Shown: in pieces, positions 36,758 through 40,893 of the stretch
How positions within the stretch are numbered: the first letter of the stretch is position 1
Layout: the number at the start of each line of letters is the position of its first letter
The notes under the pieces: model-generated
What the model saw: the letters and a program-made list of their open reading frames with translations, nothing else
The model's database searches: none
What the model was told of the DNA's origin: nothing
Position numbers and translations under genes: made by a program
From: Minisyncoccota bacterium
Lineage (GTDB): Bacteria > Patescibacteriota > Minisyncoccia > Phycocordibacterales > GCA-2747955
DNA length: 40,893 nt
Direction: 5' to 3'
NCBI GenBank assembly: GCA_020629435.1
Contig: JAHDDI010000007.1
Span: 1-40,893 of the forward strand

Positions 36758-37102
36758 TCAAAGAATATTCAATTCATCAAACTTGGCACGGATGTCGGCA
36801 CAAAGTCTATCAGAGAATTCTGCAGCATTAATTGAACGGAAATCACCCATTCGGAAAAGGTATTTTCTTGTCAAAAGATACCCAAAGACCAATGCATGTT
36901 GCGAGCTCAGTAAGAGCATTTTTAGTATTCCCTGGATCCAATTGTCTGAATCCGCCCACTCTGACTGCGCCTCACTTTGAAATGTTGGTTTTTCGGTAAC
37001 TCCATCGGCTGCGACACGAAACAGATAGTCCCAGTTCACAAACAGTGTGAACAAGAGAATCAAAAAATATGCAGAAAAAAGAAGCCAAAATACAAAGTTC
37101 AT
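36758..37102 (-). CDS. Hypothetical small membrane protein
   Basis: 114-aa ORF with a strongly hydrophobic N-terminus, filling the rpoD-atpB gap. No family recognised. Confidence 0.55.
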   Translation of the reverse strand: MNFVFWLLFSAYFLILLFTLFVNWDYLFRVAADGVTEKPTFQSEAQSEWADSDNWIQGILKMLLLSSQHALVFGYLLTRKYLFRMGDFRSINAAEFSDRLCADIRAKFDELNIL

Positions 37103-37196
37103 TGTGTAACCTTTCTAGATTCGTTTATTTATTTATAACATATTCAGATATTTTTGCTTTTTTGTTTCAGTAGATGTGATAAAATAGCTTTCAATT

Positions 37197-37943
37197 ATGG
37201 CAAAACAAGACGAAAACTCACAGGGAATTACAGTAAAATTAAAACCAGATACATTAGGATATATCGGTGATATTCCCATTACTAATTCATTAACGTCATC
37301 ATTGTTGGGAAGTATTATTTTGATTGTATTGTTACTATTGGTTTCGGCTCGACTAAAAATGATTCCAGGAAAAGTACAGTCACTGTTTGAATTAGTAGTT
37401 GAAAAAGGTTATGCATTTACACTGGAAACATTGGACGGTAATGAAAAAGTAGCGCGCAAAGTATTTCCACTTATTGCGTCTTTGTTTGTTTTTATTCTTT
37501 TCTTTAACTTAATCAAATTCATTCCTGGTTACGAAAGTACATTTTTTGGTGACTACCATTTGTTAAAACCATTGCACGCTGACCTGAACATGACGTTGGC
37601 TTTGGGTATTACTGCGTTCATTGCAATCCAAATTGCAGGGGTCGCTGTATTAGGTTTTTGGAAATATGGTTCAAAATTCATTAACATCAAAAAGCCGCTG
37701 ACTATTCCAATCGGTTTAATCGAATTGATTGCCGAAGTGGCCAAACTATTCTCACTATCATTACGATTATTTATTAATATCTTTGTTGGTGGAGTATTGT
37801 TGTTGTTGGTTAATTCGTTATCGCACTTTGTTTTGCCAGTTCCAATTTTATTGTTCGAGATTTTCATTGCATTTTTACAGGCCGGAGTATTTGCGCTACT
37901 GACACTGATGTACGTTAAACTGGCTACTGATGAACCTCATTAG
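37197..37943 (+). CDS. atpB: F0 ATP synthase subunit a
   Basis: 'PGKVQSLFE', 'ADLNMTLAL', 'SLSLRLF.N' (essential Arg) and 'LQAGVF..LT'. Confidence 0.95.
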   Translation: MAKQDENSQGITVKLKPDTLGYIGDIPITNSLTSSLLGSIILIVLLLLVSARLKMIPGKVQSLFELVVEKGYAFTLETLDGNEKVARKVFPLIASLFVFILFFNLIKFIPGYESTFFGDYHLLKPLHADLNMTLALGITAFIAIQIAGVAVLGFWKYGSKFINIKKPLTIPIGLIELIAEVAKLFSLSLRLFINIFVGGVLLLLVNSLSHFVLPVPILLFEIFIAFLQAGVFALLTLMYVKLATDEPH

Positions 37944-38011
37944 TACAATTTTGAGTATTATACCTGTATGGTATAATGCTCGCATATTATTATCATATTT
38001 ATAAAACTTGT

Positions 38012-38215
38012 ATGGAAGCATTAGCTAAAGCATTAATTGTAGGAATCGGAGTACTAGGACCTGCTATCGGAGTAGCGATGGTGTTCTCAAAAGGTCTAGA
38101 AGGAATCGCACGTAACCCAGAAGCAGCAAACAAAATTACACCATTGATTTTCGTTGGAGCAGGACTTGTCGAAGTATTGGGACTGGCAACAATCGCATTG
38201 TTCTTCTTGGTATAA
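38012..38215 (+). CDS. atpE: F0 ATP synthase subunit c
   Basis: 'IARNPEA' loop and the carboxylate in 'GLVEVLG'. Start at ATG 38012, with an internal promoter TGgTATAAT at 37969-37977. Confidence 0.93.
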   Translation: MEALAKALIVGIGVLGPAIGVAMVFSKGLEGIARNPEAANKITPLIFVGAGLVEVLGLATIALFFLV

Positions 38216-38240
38216 TTTATTGATTAATCTTTTCTGATTT

Positions 38241-38684
38241 ATGGATGTAATTATTGAAAAATTTGGAATTGACCCTGCGTTGATTGCCGCTGAGACAGTT
38301 AACTTTTTAATTGTAGTAGGTATTTTGTATTACTTTGTATTTAGAAAAGTAGGCGCTATGCTAGATGAGCGTAAAAAAGTCATCGAAGACGGAGTAGCAA
38401 ATGCTGAACAAGCAGAATCCAAGCTAACAGAAGCAGAAGCAGAAAAACAAACTATTCTGCACGCAGCGGGCGAAGAAGCAACAGCAGAAATAAAAGCCGC
38501 AGTTGAAACTGCAAAATTACGAGAAGCACAGATAGTAGGAGACGCAAACACTCAGGCAACAACTATCATTGAAAATGCAAATCACAAAGGAGAAGAGATG
38601 AAACAAAAAATCGTTGAATCATCAAAAGAAGATATCGCAAAAATGATAGTCCTGGGAGCAGAAAAAACGCTTGCAGCTAAATAA
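38241..38684 (+). CDS. atpF: F0 ATP synthase subunit b
   Basis: 'VNFLI' TM helix, 'LDERKKVIEDG', a coiled coil and 'GAEK'. Confidence 0.93.
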   Translation: MDVIIEKFGIDPALIAAETVNFLIVVGILYYFVFRKVGAMLDERKKVIEDGVANAEQAESKLTEAEAEKQTILHAAGEEATAEIKAAVETAKLREAQIVGDANTQATTIIENANHKGEEMKQKIVESSKEDIAKMIVLGAEKTLAAK

Positions 38685-38718
38685 ACAAAAAACACCCAAA
38701 ACCTGGGTGTTTTTTGTT
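38684..38718 (+). terminator. Intrinsic terminator ending atpBEF
   Basis: aacaaaaaacaccca-aaacc-tgggtgttttttgtt. Confidence 0.88.
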
Positions 38719-38786
38719 ATCACAAAGCAGAAAATATACAAATCAATGTCCCTTGCAGGTAAATATTATAGGCGTAAAATAATTTT

Positions 38787-39671
38787 ATGAAATTTTCTTA
38801 TTTGTTTTTTATAGGAGTATTGGTTGTACTACCAACATCATTTCTATTGGCGCAGGATCAAAATAATAATACTGCTGATACAAAAAATGTTATCGACTAT
38901 GTGTCTGATGAAATTTCGGTGTCACTTCCGTTGTCTGGAATAACAAATGATCCTATTGTTGTGCCAAGCGACAATGATGATGATTTATTGAACAGAAGTT
39001 TTAATACAATTACACCGTTCAATTTTGTAGCATATTTTGTCTCACTTATGGTAACAGCAGGACTGTCAGTAGAGACAATCGTTTTAACATTACTAATTCC
39101 AATTTTGGCAACAATAATTACCTTTACACGTAATATTATTGGACTCCCTAGTATGGACACCTTGGTGATAATTTCTTTTTCGATTGCCCTTGTAGCATCA
39201 AATATCCTCATTGGGTCAATATTGCTTGTGGTGACATTGGTATCTTCTGTGGTTGCTCGGTCACTGTTCAAGAGAATAAAAATAATGCAGCTACCAAAAG
39301 TAACGTTATCGATGTTTTTTGTAACAGTCTCTGTGCTGTCTGTGTTGGGGTTGATTGCATTGACTGACGGTATGGCGGTTCAGTCAATTTCGGTTGTACC
39401 TGTGTTGTTGTTTATAATTATGTCAGAACGTATCGTACGACTGCAATTTGATTCTAATCCCAACTATGCGTGGATGACAGTGTTGGTTACACTGGTTATT
39501 GGAACAACTGGATATTATATTATGTTGTCAGAAAACATTCGTCAGTTTTTAATTAATTATCCAGAAACAGTGTTCTTGGTAATTCCGATTAATTATTTTA
39601 TTGGAAGATATTTTGGTCTGCGATTAATGGAAAAAGTACGCTTTTCTGACTTATTGTCTCGAAAAAAATAA
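38787..39671 (+). CDS. 7TM-domain protein of the type associated with inactive transglutaminases
   Basis: Signal peptide, acidic spacer, then TM bundle with 'LLIPILAT..TFTRNIIG', 'MSERI', 'PETV' and 'GRYFGLRLME..RF'. Confidence 0.8.
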   Translation: MKFSYLFFIGVLVVLPTSFLLAQDQNNNTADTKNVIDYVSDEISVSLPLSGITNDPIVVPSDNDDDLLNRSFNTITPFNFVAYFVSLMVTAGLSVETIVLTLLIPILATIITFTRNIIGLPSMDTLVIISFSIALVASNILIGSILLVVTLVSSVVARSLFKRIKIMQLPKVTLSMFFVTVSVLSVLGLIALTDGMAVQSISVVPVLLFIIMSERIVRLQFDSNPNYAWMTVLVTLVIGTTGYYIMLSENIRQFLINYPETVFLVIPINYFIGRYFGLRLMEKVRFSDLLSRKK

Positions 39672-39672
39672 T

Positions 39673-40893
39673 ATGAAAATCGAACCCTTGGGAATGAATG
39701 CTCGAAATTTCTTGTATATTCTCCCGTACAACAAAGTCCGCGCCAAAGCCAGAGCAGATGATAAATTAGCAACCAAAAAAATTTTATTAAAGAAAAAAAT
39801 TGCCACTCCGCATTTGATAGCGTCGTTTAATAATACCCATGATGCGCGAGTATTTGATTGGCACACACTACCAAAATCTTTTGTCGTAAAACCTGCGCGT
39901 GGTTATGGAGGTGGGGGAATTTTATTGATCAAAAAATGGAATGGTACCAGCGGTGTTACCCAAGACGGAGAAGAAATTACTGTACCAGAGATCGAAACAC
40001 ATGTTTTTGATATCACTATGGGTGTATTTTCATTAGGGTCAACCAAAGACCTTGCGTTTATTGAAGAGAGAATTATTCCAATGAAATTTTTCAAGAAAAT
40101 TCCAATTTTAGGTATTCCTGATATTAGGGTTATTGTGTTTGCCGGAGTGCCTGTTATGGCTATGATGCGAATTCCATCTGAACAATCTGACGGAAAGGCA
40201 AATCTAACTGTAGGTGCTGTTGGTGTGGGGATTGATATTTCAACAGGGGTTACGACATATGGATGGCAAAAGGGTTACACTGTTCGTCTGTTTCCAGGCA
40301 CTCGAATCAAGATGCGGGGTATTAAAATTCCTATGTGGGATGAAGTATTGGACCAAGCGGTTCGCGCACAACATGTCAGCAAATTAGGGTTTGCGGGGAT
40401 TGATATTATTTTAGATAAAAACAAGGGACCATTAGTCATTGAAATTAATGCTCGGCCCGGACTGTCCATTCAATCAGTCAATCAAGCATCATTACTGGAA
40501 CGTTTAAAACGTGTAGAAAATATTAAACCCAAGCCAGAATTAGAACGGGGAATCGAAATCGGTAAAACGTTGTTTACCGAAGAATTTTCGACAAAGGTGA
40601 CCCGTAAAAATAACATTATTGGTGTTTTTGAAAAAATTGGAATAAACAATGGAAAAAACAAAAAAGATTTTCAAATAATTGCCAAGATAGACACTGGGGC
40701 ATACAGAACATCTATCGATAGAGAGCTTGCCGAACAATTACAATTAATTAGGCACGATAGAATTGTAAAGGTGCGCGCCGCATCAGGACAGCAGGACCGA
40801 GAAATGGTAAACATAACGTTGAATATTGCAGGTAAAAAAATAGAAACAACTGCATCTGTAACTGACAGAAATGACCTGCGGCATCAAATTATT
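39673..40893 (+). CDS. Alpha-L-glutamate ligase-like (RimK-related) ATP-grasp fused to a retropepsin-like protease; truncated at the window end and absent from the ORF track
   Basis: Hand translation from ATG 39673 gives LGMNARN, ADDKLATK, FVVKPARGYGGGGI, GIPDIRVIV, DGKANL..GAVGVGID, IEINARPGLSIQ, then AKIDTGAYRTSID. There is no stop before the window end. Confidence 0.88.
   Translation, partial: MKIEPLGMNARNFLYILPYNKVRAKARADDKLATKKILLKKKIATPHLIASFNNTHDARVFDWHTLPKSFVVKPARGYGGGGILLIKKWNGTSGVTQDGEEITVPEIETHVFDITMGVFSLGSTKDLAFIEERIIPMKFFKKIPILGIPDIRVIVFAGVPVMAMMRIPSEQSDGKANLTVGAVGVGIDISTGVTTYGWQKGYTVRLFPGTRIKMRGIKIPMWDEVLDQAVRAQHVSKLGFAGIDIILDKNKGPLVIEINARPGLSIQSVNQASLLERLKRVENIKPKPELERGIEIGKTLFTEEFSTKVTRKNNIIGVFEKIGINNGKNKKDFQIIAKIDTGAYRTSIDRELAEQLQLIRHDRIVKVRAASGQQDREMVNITLNIAGKKIETTASVTDRNDLRHQII

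Noticed and set aside
5737..38718. Recurring aacaaaaa...tttttgtt inverted repeats as MITE/REP or CRISPR repeats
   Set aside because: The stem cores differ, there is no regular spacing or target duplication, and all lie at gene ends, so they are terminators.
286..40737. Many short antisense or overlapping ORFs in the track (e.g. 538-894, 1718-2119, 29497-30039, 32221-32622, 38897-39271)
   Set aside because: They are shadows of well-supported genes and have no motifs or expression signals of their own.
1..40893. Alternative genetic code (TGA = Gly, as in Gracilibacteria/Absconditabacteria)
   Set aside because: Long conserved genes are uninterrupted under code 11, with no in-frame TGA.

Overview
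This is a gene-dense, AT-rich bacterial core-genome segment read in the standard code (ORFs intact, Trp = TGG). Gene content suggests a Patescibacteria/CPR, probably Parcubacteria-like, genome (inference from short RpoB and IF2, an archaeal-type Cmk, a VirB2/TrbC-like pilin fusion and secG next to a lone substrate-binding protein). Genes include a flavinylation redox cluster (NqrB/RnfD-FNR fusion, FMN-binding protein, ApbE), mscS, serS, an ftsQ-like gene, dus, Nudix and HD hydrolases, rnj, secG, cmk, a helicase-nuclease, dsbA, infB-rbfA, an iscS-like gene, recR, dnaB, rpoBC, dnaG-rpoD, atpBEF, and a 7TM plus ATP-grasp/aspartic-protease pair cut by the window end. I found no tRNA, rRNA, CRISPR array or mobile element. 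The strongest signals are: (1) a very small Ser T-box before serS, apparently with an ultrashort kink-turn Stem I, no Stem II and an intrinsic terminator; (2) ten genes with a -10 hexamer exactly 6 nt before the ATG, pointing to leaderless mRNAs, with almost no Shine-Dalgarno use; (3) an 11-bp-periodic DnaA-box-like array upstream of dnaB; (4) an RpoB rifampicin pocket substituted at several contact residues; (5) a pilin-M15 peptidase fusion and a secreted FG/N-rich low-complexity protein. All calls are by eye, without database searches.
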